Positions 1-9,468 of a stretch of DNA of 64,000 bases are shown here, one piece after another (position 1 is the first letter of the stretch; every line of letters starts with the position of its first letter). Source of the stretch: Thermoanaerobaculia bacterium. Lineage in GTDB: Bacteria > Acidobacteriota > Thermoanaerobaculia > UBA5066. The notes beneath the pieces are model-generated. The model was given only the letters and a program-made list of their open reading frames with translations. It had not been told where the DNA came from and ran no database searches. The stretch covers positions 618,729 through 682,728 of the forward strand of contig CAVVDA010000005.1 of assembly GCA_963746875.1 (NCBI GenBank), given 5' to 3'. The position numbers and the translations under genes are program-made.

Positions 1-1
1 C

Positions 2-2200
2 GTGACGATCGCGGGCCTGCCGCAGCGGATCGTCTCCTGGAGCCCCGACATCATCACACTCAACGTCACCAACACCGCACCGGTCATCGGGCAGCTCGTC
101 GTGAAGCGCGGCGACAACGGAAAATCCTCCGTCTCGGGCGTCAGCGTGACCGTCGGCGGCCCGGCACCCAAGGTGGTTGCGCCGGGAAGCACGATCCAGT
201 CGGTCATCGACTCCCCGGCCACCGCGGCGGGCGACCTCGTCATGGTTCCCTGCGGCCGGTACCCCGAGCTCCTCATCATGACGAAGCCCGTCAGGCTGCA
301 GGGGCAGGGCCCGGGCTGCACGACGATCGACGCCACCCGGAGCCCGAACGACAAGGTCCACAACTGGAACCTCAGGATGCAGGCCTTCATGGCCGACCCG
401 GCGAACGCCCGGTACGTGCTCCCCGGCCAGCCGACCGGCACGGGAGTTCCCGAGCCAACCCTGTTCGCAACGGAGCAGGGACCGGGGCTCATCGTCCTCG
501 GGCCGAGCGGCAACTTCAGCTCGAGCGACCCGATCGGGAGGAACGTCTACAGGCTCCTGAGCGGCTACCCGAACGCCCGCGTCGACGGCTTCACGTTCAC
601 GGGCGCCGACAACGCCGGGGCGATCTTCATAAACGGTTTCGCTCACCGCCTCCAGATCACGAACAACCACATTGTCGGGAACGCGGGCAATTTCGGCGGT
701 GGAATCCGCTCCGGATTCCCGACGCTCACCCAGACCGTCGGCACGGCGGACGCTTACGTCAACAGCTTCAACGACAACATGCTGATCGCCTACAACCAGA
801 TCACCGAGAACGGGGGCCTCGGCGGCGCGGGCGGAGGGATCTCGCTCTGCACCGGCTCGACCTCCTACAGCGTGACGAAGAACTGGATCTGCGGAAACTA
901 CACGAATGGCTCGGGCGGCGGCATCGGCCACCTCGGCTTCAGCAACAACGGGGTCATCGACCACAACACGATCATCTTCAACCAGACGTTCGACCAGTCC
1001 ACGACCCCGGGCGGCGGCGGCATCTTCGTCGGCGGCGAGGCCGCCATCGCGAACGCGGCCGGAATCACGATCAGCCCCGGGGCGGGGAACGTAACGATCA
1101 ACGCGAACCTGATCCAGGGGAACCTCGCGGGGGCTGGAGACGGCGGCGGAATCCGCGGCCAGTTCGTCAGCGGCGAGGACGTGTCGAGCTCCGGAGCCAA
1201 CTCGACGAACGGCTGGTCCCGGCTCGGAATCTACAACAACATCATCGCGAACAACGGAGCCGGCCTGGCGGGAGGCGGCATCTCTCTGCAGGACGTCGTG
1301 TTCCCGGACATTCTGGGCAACACGATCGCCGACAACGACTCGCTGGCCACGGCGGGCAGCGCCTTCCCGGCGGGGAGCCCAAATCAGTCGGACCCGCTGC
1401 CGGGCGGCGTCGCCTCGTACCGGCACACGGCCAACCTCATCGCGGTCTTTGCTTCCAAGGGCGCCGTCCTTCGCAGCCGGTACGGCATCTTCTCGAACCC
1501 GGGGCCGCTGCTCGCCCCGCCCCCGGTGCAGGGCAGAGCCCAGCCGACCTGGTTCGCGGACAACGTCATCTACGGGAACCGGTCGTTCTACGCCGTGATC
1601 GACCCCAACGCCCCCACGACCACGGCCAATTTCCTGCTCACGCCGGCGCCCGACGCCTTCGCGGGTCACCCCACGTGGTCCAAGGATCTCGCGGTGATCG
1701 GCACGGGCCCGACGGACTGCGGCGGCGCCGCATGCTTCCTCCACCCGGTCTACAGCCTGCTGACGAGCCTCACGGGCCCGTGGGCCCATTACGGCACGGG
1801 AGCGGACCACAACCGAACGGCCGCGAGCCAGACGGGTCTTTTCGCCTCCTGGTACCTCAACGGGTCGAGGAGCCCCCTCGCGCCGTACGACTTCACGACC
1901 GACATCCAGATGGCGCCGGCCTTCGACGAGGGAGGCAACTTCATCGACGTGAGGTTCGGGCCTCTGACGATCGACCCGACGTCCGGGCTGACCTTCACCC
2001 CCGGTCAGGGCTTCGCGAACTACTCGATTCTCGTAGGGACGCAGGCCGGGAACACCGGGTTCAACTTCAGCAATTCCTACGTCAACGCCGGCAACCCCAA
2101 CCCCTGGAACACCTGGCTCACGACCGACTTCTTCGGCAACGCGCGTCCTCATGCCGGTGCCGGAAACGTCCCGGATATCGGTTCGGTGGAGGTCCAGTGA
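2..2200 (+). CDS. Large secreted protein, 5'-truncated by the window: Ig/IPT-like segment, right-handed beta-helix repeats, choice-of-anchor-Q-like C-terminus
   Basis: Open from base 2. Gly/Asn-rich repeats (GGGIRSG, GGGISLC, GGGIFVG, GGGISLQ) typical of parallel beta-helix proteins. Ends TDFFGNARP...PDIGSVEVQ. The stop abuts the next gene (TGATG at 2198-2202). Confidence 0.72.
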   Translation: MTIAGLPQRIVSWSPDIITLNVTNTAPVIGQLVVKRGDNGKSSVSGVSVTVGGPAPKVVAPGSTIQSVIDSPATAAGDLVMVPCGRYPELLIMTKPVRLQGQGPGCTTIDATRSPNDKVHNWNLRMQAFMADPANARYVLPGQPTGTGVPEPTLFATEQGPGLIVLGPSGNFSSSDPIGRNVYRLLSGYPNARVDGFTFTGADNAGAIFINGFAHRLQITNNHIVGNAGNFGGGIRSGFPTLTQTVGTADAYVNSFNDNMLIAYNQITENGGLGGAGGGISLCTGSTSYSVTKNWICGNYTNGSGGGIGHLGFSNNGVIDHNTIIFNQTFDQSTTPGGGGIFVGGEAAIANAAGITISPGAGNVTINANLIQGNLAGAGDGGGIRGQFVSGEDVSSSGANSTNGWSRLGIYNNIIANNGAGLAGGGISLQDVVFPDILGNTIADNDSLATAGSAFPAGSPNQSDPLPGGVASYRHTANLIAVFASKGAVLRSRYGIFSNPGPLLAPPPVQGRAQPTWFADNVIYGNRSFYAVIDPNAPTTTANFLLTPAPDAFAGHPTWSKDLAVIGTGPTDCGGAACFLHPVYSLLTSLTGPWAHYGTGADHNRTAASQTGLFASWYLNGSRSPLAPYDFTTDIQMAPAFDEGGNFIDVRFGPLTIDPTSGLTFTPGQGFANYSILVGTQAGNTGFNFSNSYVNAGNPNPWNTWLTTDFFGNARPHAGAGNVPDIGSVEVQ

Positions 2201-2229
2201 TGCGAGAGCGCTCAGAAAGGAACGCCGCG

Positions 2230-3627
2230 ATGAAACTCCACAAATCGCCCTGGATCGCTCTTCTCGCTGGCTTCCTCTTGGGTCTTTCGATCGCGCGGCA
2301 CGCCGGGGCTGACGTCCACGTGCAATGCCGCGGCGACGTGGACGGAGACGGGATCCCGGACCAGTTCTTCAAGGTCTTCGCCGGACAAAGGACGGGCTGG
2401 GTCAACAACGCGGCCGGGACGGCGCGCTGCACCCCGACGAGCACGACCGGAGCTCCGTGCGTCCGCGTCACCGCGACCACGCCCGGGCGCCTCGTCAACA
2501 GCGCCTGGCGGAGCAACGTCAAGTGCATGCACATCACGTGCGGGGACGGCTACCAGACGATGGGCAACGGAACGCCCATCTACACGTTCGGCTTCCGCAA
2601 CGCGACGGGGCTCCCGCCGGCGAACGCCCTCGTCAACGCGTTCCTCGGGGCGGAGTGGCCCGCCCCGACCATCGCGATCGACGAGGGAGACGAGTTCTAC
2701 CTGACGTTGACGAACGTCAACCTCGCCGTCCGTCCGGACCTCTTCGATCCGCACTCGGTCCACTTTCACGGGTTTCCAAACGCCTCGTCCGTATTCGACG
2801 GAATGCCCGAGGGCTCCATCTCGGTCCTGGGTGGCAGCAGCCTGACCTACTACTACAAGATCGTCATCCCGGGCACCTACATGTACCACTGCCACGTCGA
2901 GGCGGCAGAGCACATGCAGATGGGAATGCTCGGCAATCTCTATGTCCGTCCGAAGCAGGACAAGGCCGCGGCGGGAACCGTTTTCGGAAGCCACATTCAT
3001 CAGAACGGCGACCTCTATGCGTACAACGACGGCGACGCTTCGACCTTCTGCAACAAGGAGATCCCGATCCAGGTCGGCTCGTTCGACCCGGTCTTCCACT
3101 TCGAGGATCAGTCCATCCAGCCGCCCGAGTTCTCGATCGAGGATCCGAAGTACGCCCAGCTGAACGGACGCGGGTACCCGGACACCGTTCACGCCGGTCC
3201 CCTCCCCTGGACGCCCCCGCAGGACAACTACGGGGGGCCGTTCCCGGTGCCCGACGACTACGTTCCGAAGACGTCTCAGAACATCGACACGGTGATCACG
3301 GCGACAGCGGGACAGAAGGTGCTTCTCCGGTTCTCGAGCCTGGATACCACGCGATTCTGGACGGTGACCGGGCTCGGCCTCCCGATGAAGGTGGTCGGCC
3401 TCGACGGGCGGCTGCTTCGGAGCACGCCCTACGGCGGCGGAGCGGGTCAGAACCTCGCCTACGACACGTCGTCCATCACGCTCGGGGGCGGCATGGCCGC
3501 GGACGTGCTGATCGACACGACGGGAGTCGCCCCCGGGACTTATTTCATCTACACGACGAACCTCAATTACCTCGCCAACGACGCGGAAGACTACGGCGGG
3601 ATGATGACCGAGTTCGTGGTGCAGTGA
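2230..3627 (+). CDS. Two-domain cupredoxin/multicopper oxidase subunit A (type-1 Cu site plus half of the trinuclear ligands)
   Basis: Sec-type signal MKLHKSPWIALLAGFLLGLSIARHAGA (alternative ATG at 2200). Domain 1 has PHSVHFHG and YMYHCHVEAAEHMQMGM. Domain 2 lacks His ligands (YFIYTTNLNYLANDAEDYGGM). Confidence 0.85.
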   Translation: MKLHKSPWIALLAGFLLGLSIARHAGADVHVQCRGDVDGDGIPDQFFKVFAGQRTGWVNNAAGTARCTPTSTTGAPCVRVTATTPGRLVNSAWRSNVKCMHITCGDGYQTMGNGTPIYTFGFRNATGLPPANALVNAFLGAEWPAPTIAIDEGDEFYLTLTNVNLAVRPDLFDPHSVHFHGFPNASSVFDGMPEGSISVLGGSSLTYYYKIVIPGTYMYHCHVEAAEHMQMGMLGNLYVRPKQDKAAAGTVFGSHIHQNGDLYAYNDGDASTFCNKEIPIQVGSFDPVFHFEDQSIQPPEFSIEDPKYAQLNGRGYPDTVHAGPLPWTPPQDNYGGPFPVPDDYVPKTSQNIDTVITATAGQKVLLRFSSLDTTRFWTVTGLGLPMKVVGLDGRLLRSTPYGGGAGQNLAYDTSSITLGGGMAADVLIDTTGVAPGTYFIYTTNLNYLANDAEDYGGMMTEFVVQ

Positions 3628-3638
3628 GGAGGCACGAG

Positions 3639-4983
3639 ATGAATCGACTTCAGCGCCTTTGCCTCCCGACGCTCGTCACGCTCTTCGTGTTGCTGCAGGC
3701 CCTTCCCGCTGCCGCCGTGATAGACGGAGTGACGGGAACTTCCTTTCACTTCACGGCGCGGGCCGGCCGGATCACGACCCCCGACGGCTCGAGCCTCCTC
3801 GTCTGGGGGTACGGCTGCACAGGAGTGCGGAACACAAGTCCAGTACCCGGGTGCGACCCTGATCCTGAACCAGGGCCAGACGGTGACGATCACCCTCACG
3901 AACGAGCTGACGACGCCCGATCCGGCGGCGCCCACGACGGGCACAGTCCCCGGGCCCAACGTCTCCCTCGTCTTCCCGGGCCAGGACAACGTCACGGCGA
4001 CGGGCGGCGTCGCGGGGAACGTGACCCAGGAAGCCCTGCCGGGCGGAGCGTCGGCCGTCACGTACACGTTCACCGCCAATCACCCGGGCACGTACCAATA
4101 CCACAGCGGGACGCGGGAGGACCTCGAGATCGAGATGGGGCTCGTGGGCGCCATCATCGTCCGGCCGACCGGCTTCGCCAACCGGGCCTACGCCCATCCG
4201 GCGACGGCGTTCGACCGGGAGTACCTCTTCCTCATCACGGAGATGGATCCGAACATCCACAACAACATCGACCTCGGCCGGATCGCCCTCGTCGACAACA
4301 CGGCCTTCGTCTCCACGTACTGGTTCTTCAACGGCCGGAACGCCCCCGACACGCTGGCCGAGCCCTACGTGCCGTGGATGCCGGCACAGCCGTACAACTG
4401 CGCGCCGCGGGTCCACCCGGGCGAGAAGATGCTGATCCGGACGGTGAGCGTCGGGCGGGAAATGCACCCCTTCCATCACCACGGGAACCACGCCCGCATC
4501 ATCGCGAAGGAGGGCCGCCTGCTCGAGAGCGCGCCCGGCGCCGGTCCGGATCTCTCTTATCTCGTCTACTCGATTCCGTCCATCCCGGGTGAGACGACGG
4601 ATGCGATCTGGGATTGGACGGGAGAGGGTCTCGGGTGGGACGCCTACGGACACACCACGAGCAGCGCGGCCACCCTCCAACCGGGAGAGTGCGTCTTCAA
4701 CGGCGCCGTCGATCTTGCCAATCCCCTTTGCGACCACGGCAAGGCGCTCCCGGTGACACTGCCTGACAATCTGGCCCTGATGCTCGGGGAGTTCTGGAGC
4801 GGCAGTCCCTATCTGGGGCAGCTCGGTTCCCTCCCGCCGGGCCAGGGACGCAACAATACGACCGGCGGGTACTTCTTCATGTGGCACTCGCACACGGAGA
4901 AGGAGATCGTGAACAACAACATTTTCCCGGGCGGAATGCTGACGATGTGCGTCGTCGAAGCTCCCGGCGTCGTCATCGAGTAA
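3639..4983 (+). CDS. Two-domain cupredoxin/multicopper oxidase subunit B (other half of the trinuclear ligands, no type-1 site); one frameshift near 3815-3838
   Basis: Signal MNRLQRLCLPTLVTLFVLLQALPAAA joins the frame VQYPGATLILNQGQTVTITLTNEL. Domain 1 is degenerate (NVSLVFPG, YQYHSGTREDLEIEMGL). Domain 2 has MHPFHHHGNH and FMWHSHTEKEIVNN. Confidence 0.8.
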
Positions 4984-4999
4984 GCGGAGGAGGTCGACG

Positions 5000-6976
5000 A
5001 TGAAAGTCAGAATCGCGCAAAGCGGGCCCCGCGGACTCCTCGGCCTCGCGGCGGCCGCTCTCCTCCTGGCCGTCGAGCCCGCCACGAGCGTCACGGTCAA
5101 CCTGACGGCCGGGCCGGTGACCGTGACGGTCGCCGGAAACCCGGTCCAGATGTGGGGATTCGGCCTGGACGCCAATCCCCCAACCGTCCCCGGACCTCCG
5201 ATCGTGGTGCCGCCCGGCGACACGTCGCTCACCATCAACCTGACGAACAACCTGCCCGAAGGGGTGTCGATCGTCATCCCGGGCCAGAACGCCACGATGA
5301 CACCGGTCTTCTTCTTCGACGCGGGCCTGCCAACCAACGGAATCGACCCCGCGACGCCTCCCCGCCGGCGCGTCAAGGCGTTCACGGCTGAAGCAGGCCC
5401 GACGGGCGGGACGCACACGTACACCTGGACAGGGCTCAGGCCCGGAACGTTCCTTTACGAGAGCGGCTCGCACCCCGGCGTCCAGGTCCAGATGGGTCTC
5501 CACGGCTCCGTGGCCGTCCAGCCGGCCGCCGGTCAGGTCTACCCTGGCGTGCCGTACGGCAAGGAGGTCGTCCTCGTCCTGAGCGAAGTCGATCCCGTGC
5601 TCGCGAACGCCGTGGCGAGCGGCCGCTACGGCCAGCCCGTGCCGGACCCGCTTCCGCCCGGGCTGACCGCGGCCGACTACCCGTCCAGCCCCATCAACTA
5701 CCGCCCGAGATATTTCCTCGTGAACGGCGCTCCGTATGCGCCCGGAAGCACAATTTCCACCGGCACGGGAGGCCTGCCTCTCCTCTCCAACGACGCCATT
5801 CTCGTCCGCTTCCTCAACGCCGGGCTCAGGACGCACTCGATGGCGCTCTTCGCCCCCACGCCGGCGGCCGGCGGGGTGCCGGCGACGTATTTCTCGATCC
5901 TCTCGGAGGACGGAAACCAGTACCAGCACCCCCGCCAGGCGTACTCGGTCTTCCTGCCCGCCAGCAAGACGGCCGACGCGATCGTCTCGCCCCCGGCGGC
6001 GGGAAGCTACGCTCTCCAGGACCGTACGCTCCACCTCACCAACGGCAACGCCGTGGGGGATGCCGGCCTGCAGGCAGTACTCTCGATCGGTGCAGGCACG
6101 GCGGCGCCCGTCGCGAACGACGACGCCTTCCGGACGGCCGTGAACACGCCCCTGTCGGTACCGGCTCCGGGCGTTCTTTCGAACGACACCGGCACGGGCC
6201 TGACGGTGAACTCCACGACGCCGGCCTCCCACGGCACAGCGGCCGTCAACGCGGACGGGTCATTCACGTACACGCCGACATCGGGCTTCTCGGGGATCGA
6301 CTCGTTCACGTATACGGCCTCCAACGGGACGACGAGCAACGTCGCGACGGTCACGCTCACCGTGAGCCTGCCGCCGGTCGCCGCGCCGAACACCTACAGC
6401 GTCGCCGGCGTGTTGAACGTGGCGGCCCCGGGGGTGCTCGGCAACGACACGAGCCCGGACCTGCTGCCCCTGAACGCTCTCCTCGTGACGGGCCCGACGA
6501 AGCTCGGAACCGGTTCCTTCACACTGAATCCGGACGGCTCCTTCTCGTATACAACGAGCAACACCACCGTGACGACCGACTCGTTCACGTACAGGGCTTG
6601 CGACGGGACGCTCTGCAGCACTCCCGCGACCGGCGCGACCGTGACCCTCAACCTGACCGGGCACCCGGCCCCGATCGCCAACGACGATACGTTCAGCGTG
6701 ACGATGAACTCCGTCAACAACTCTCTCGACGTTCTCGCGAACGACTTCGCGTTCGCTCCGGCGACGATCGTCCGGACGAACGTTCCCCCGAACAACCAGT
6801 CTCCGAGAATCATGAGCGCGCCGAGCCGGGGCGGCACCGTGCTGGTCCTTGCCAATGGCAATATCCGTTACACTCCGGCGCACGGCTTCACAGGCACGGA
6901 CGTCTTCACGTACAGGTTCCGGGACAGCATGAACGCGAACTCGAACACCGCCACGGTCAGGGTGAACGTCCAGTAA
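5000..6976 (+). CDS. Two-domain pseudo-cupredoxin subunit C with three C-terminal Ig-like (Big_9/cadherin-like) repeats
   Basis: Signal peptide. MCO-like scaffold (MWGFG...VPGPPIVV, LYESGSHPGVQVQMGLHG, YFLVNG) without HxH/HCH motifs. Repeats PVANDD.../GVLxND/GSFxYTP. Confidence 0.8.
   Translation: MKVRIAQSGPRGLLGLAAAALLLAVEPATSVTVNLTAGPVTVTVAGNPVQMWGFGLDANPPTVPGPPIVVPPGDTSLTINLTNNLPEGVSIVIPGQNATMTPVFFFDAGLPTNGIDPATPPRRRVKAFTAEAGPTGGTHTYTWTGLRPGTFLYESGSHPGVQVQMGLHGSVAVQPAAGQVYPGVPYGKEVVLVLSEVDPVLANAVASGRYGQPVPDPLPPGLTAADYPSSPINYRPRYFLVNGAPYAPGSTISTGTGGLPLLSNDAILVRFLNAGLRTHSMALFAPTPAAGGVPATYFSILSEDGNQYQHPRQAYSVFLPASKTADAIVSPPAAGSYALQDRTLHLTNGNAVGDAGLQAVLSIGAGTAAPVANDDAFRTAVNTPLSVPAPGVLSNDTGTGLTVNSTTPASHGTAAVNADGSFTYTPTSGFSGIDSFTYTASNGTTSNVATVTLTVSLPPVAAPNTYSVAGVLNVAAPGVLGNDTSPDLLPLNALLVTGPTKLGTGSFTLNPDGSFSYTTSNTTVTTDSFTYRACDGTLCSTPATGATVTLNLTGHPAPIANDDTFSVTMNSVNNSLDVLANDFAFAPATIVRTNVPPNNQSPRIMSAPSRGGTVLVLANGNIRYTPAHGFTGTDVFTYRFRDSMNANSNTATVRVNVQ
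6668..6976 (+). repeat. C-terminal Ig-like module, copy 1 (copy 2 at 9102-9410)
   Basis: 102-aa ungapped alignment with the protease C-terminus; 73/102 identical by manual count. Confidence 0.9.
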
Positions 6977-6989
6977 TGGAGAGACCGGG

Positions 6990-7451
6990 GTGACAAAAGC
7001 AATCCGACGGGGGGTGCCGCTCCTTCTCGGGGCGGCGCTCCTCGCCTCTTCCATGGGGGTCGCCGCCGCCGGGACGGAAACGGCGGCGACGCCCCGTGCG
7101 TCCGCCGCCGCATGCGACGATCTGAGGGACGTCTGGGGTGTCGAGATCGTCCGGCTCAACCTGACGGCGTACGGCCACATGGTCGACTTTCGTTTCCGTG
7201 TGCTCGATCCCGTCAAGGCGAAGCCGCTTCTCGAGCGGAGGGTCGACGCCCACCTCGTCGACCTGGCCACCGGGAAGGCGCTCGCCGTCCCCGACGCCCC
7301 GAAGACCGGGCGCCTGAGGAGCAAGGGAGTCCCGGAAGCCGGCCGGATCTATTTCGTCCTGTTCCAGAATCAGGGAGGTCTTCTCGAGAGGGGGGACAGG
7401 GTCTCCGTCGTCATCGGAGATTTCCGCGCCGAAGGCCTGACCGTCGAGTGA
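6990..7451 (+). CDS. Secreted hypothetical protein in the MCO operon
   Basis: GTG start with GGAGA upstream, signal peptide, compact domain (GHMVDFRFRVLDP, YFVLFQNQGG). Overlaps the next gene (GTGA at 7448-7451). Confidence 0.7.
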   Translation: MTKAIRRGVPLLLGAALLASSMGVAAAGTETAATPRASAAACDDLRDVWGVEIVRLNLTAYGHMVDFRFRVLDPVKAKPLLERRVDAHLVDLATGKALAVPDAPKTGRLRSKGVPEAGRIYFVLFQNQGGLLERGDRVSVVIGDFRAEGLTVE

Positions 7452-9410
7452 ACGCGGCGGGTCGATGCCGCACCCTCCTCGCGAGGGCGCTGGTCTTCCT
7501 GGTGCCCTTCGCGCCGGCCTCTGCCGGGGGCGTCGTCGATCCCGCCTTGCTGGCCGCGACGAGCCGAATGACACCGGGGCAGGAGGTCGCGGTCATCGTT
7601 TACCTCGCCGACCGCGTCTCCCTGTCCGCGTTCGCTCCCGGGGGAGCCGGCGAGAGAAACGCGTCGCCGGCGCTCGTCACGGCCCTGAAGAACAAAGCGC
7701 AGTCCACGCAGGGCCCCGTCTTCGCGAGCGCCGTGACCGCCGACGGCCGCGGTCTGGTCTCTCTCTGGGCAATCAACGCAATCGCCCTCAAGCTTCCCAA
7801 CGAGCACGTCCCGTCTCTGGCGCAGATCCCGGGCGTGGAAAGCGTCCGGCTGGACGCGGTGATTCAGGCGCCCGCGCCCTCCCCGGCCGCTTCACCCGGC
7901 AGCTCCCGAGTGGAACATCTCCATGCTGGGCGCGCCGGATCTCTGGGCGGCCGGGAGCACGGGGAGCGGCGTCGTCGTCGCGAGCCTCGATACCGGCGTC
8001 GACGCCCAGCACCCCGACCTTTCCACGCGGTGGCGGGGCGGCGCGAACAGCTGGTTCGACCCGAACGGAGAGCACGCCACCCCCGACGACGTGAGCGGCC
8101 ACGGGACGCAGGCGATGGGGCTCATCGTCGGCGGAGACGCCGGCGGATCCTCCATCGGGATGGCCCCCGGGGCGACGTGGATCGCCGCCAAGATCTTCAA
8201 CGACGCGGGCCAGGCGACCCTGAGCGGGATACACCAGGCGTTCCAGTGGGCGCTGGATCCGGACGGAAGCCCGGAGACGGTGGATTCCCCGCACGTCGTG
8301 AACAACTCGTGGGGCTTCCAGCCGACCGTCGGCACCTGCTGGACCGAGTTCGCGCACGACATTGCGATTCTCCGGGCGGCCGGCATCGCGGTCGTCTTCT
8401 CGGCCGGCAACGACGGTGGGGCCGCCAGCACCAGCGAGAGCCCCGCGAACAACGTGGGGTCGGTCTCCGTCGGCGCGGTCGACAGCTCGCGGAGCGTGGC
8501 CTCCTTCAGCAGCAGGGGCCCTTCGGCCTGCAACGGAAGCGTTTTCCCCAAATTGGCGGCCCCCGGCGTCTCGGTGAGGACCGCGGACCTGAGCTTCGGC
8601 GGGGCGGTCCCAAATCCCTATGCCGTGGTCAGCGGCACATCCTTCTCGGCCCCCCACGTCGCGGGCTCGATGGCGCTCCTCTGGAGCGCTCATCCGTCGA
8701 CGAACCTCGCCGCGATGGAGGCGATCCTCGAGTCGACCGCGGCCGACCTCGGGATCGCGGGACCGGACAACGACGCCGGCTACGGCCTCCCCGACCTCGT
8801 CGCCGCGAGCTTCGCGCTCCAGCCTCCAGTCGCCGCGAACGACGCTTACAGCGTGGAGCCCGGGGCCTCCCTCGACGTCCCGGCGCCCGGGGTCCTCGGA
8901 AACGACACGAGCCCCCAGGGACGGCCCCTGACGGCAATTCTCGGGAGATTCCCGGCGTCGGGAAGGCTGACGCTCCGTAGCAACGGGTCGTTTCTTTTCC
9001 TGGCGCCGCGCACCACCGGGACGATCACGTTCCTTTACTCAGCGAACGACGGGATTCTCCGGAGCACACCGGCGACGGTGACGATCAACGTCATTCACTC
9101 GGCACCGGTCGCAAACGACGACACGTTCACCGTCGCGGTGAACTCCCCGGGGACGCCCCTCGACGTCCTGGCCAACGACACGGTCACGGCCCCGGCGACG
9201 ATCGTGAAGACCAACTTTCCGCCCAACAACCCCTCTCCGAGGATCCTCAGTGCTCCGTCCATGGGCGGCACGGTGCTCGTCCTGGCCAACGGCATGGTCC
9301 GATACCGGCCGGCACCGGGCTTCCAGGGCACCGAGACCTTCAGGTACCGCTTCCGGGACAGCCTGAATGCCATGTCGAACTCTGCGACGGTCCATGTGAC
9401 CGTCCAGTAG
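7448..9410 (+). CDS. S8 subtilisin-like serine protease with prodomain and two Ig-like repeats; one frameshift near 7895-7915
   Basis: Catalytic motifs LDTGVD, GHGTQAMG and GTSFSAPHVAG, plus oxyanion FSAGND. Signal and prodomain are in the upstream frame. Confidence 0.9.
9102..9410 (+). repeat. C-terminal Ig-like module, copy 2 (copy 1 at 6668-6976)
   Basis: APVANDDTF...PPNNPSPRILSAPS.GGTVLVLANG...YRFRDS.NA.SN.ATV.V.VQ is shared with subunit C. Confidence 0.9.
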
Positions 9411-9468
9411 CGTTGCCAATCAGTCGCTACGAGCCTTCGCGCCCTGAGCTGCTGGTACCCTACGGCCC

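Noticed and set aside
1-9410. MCO operon as a genomic island
   Set aside because: The lower GC can be explained by Thr/Asn-rich proteins. No integrase, tRNA or flanking direct repeat is visible, and the left boundary is outside the window.
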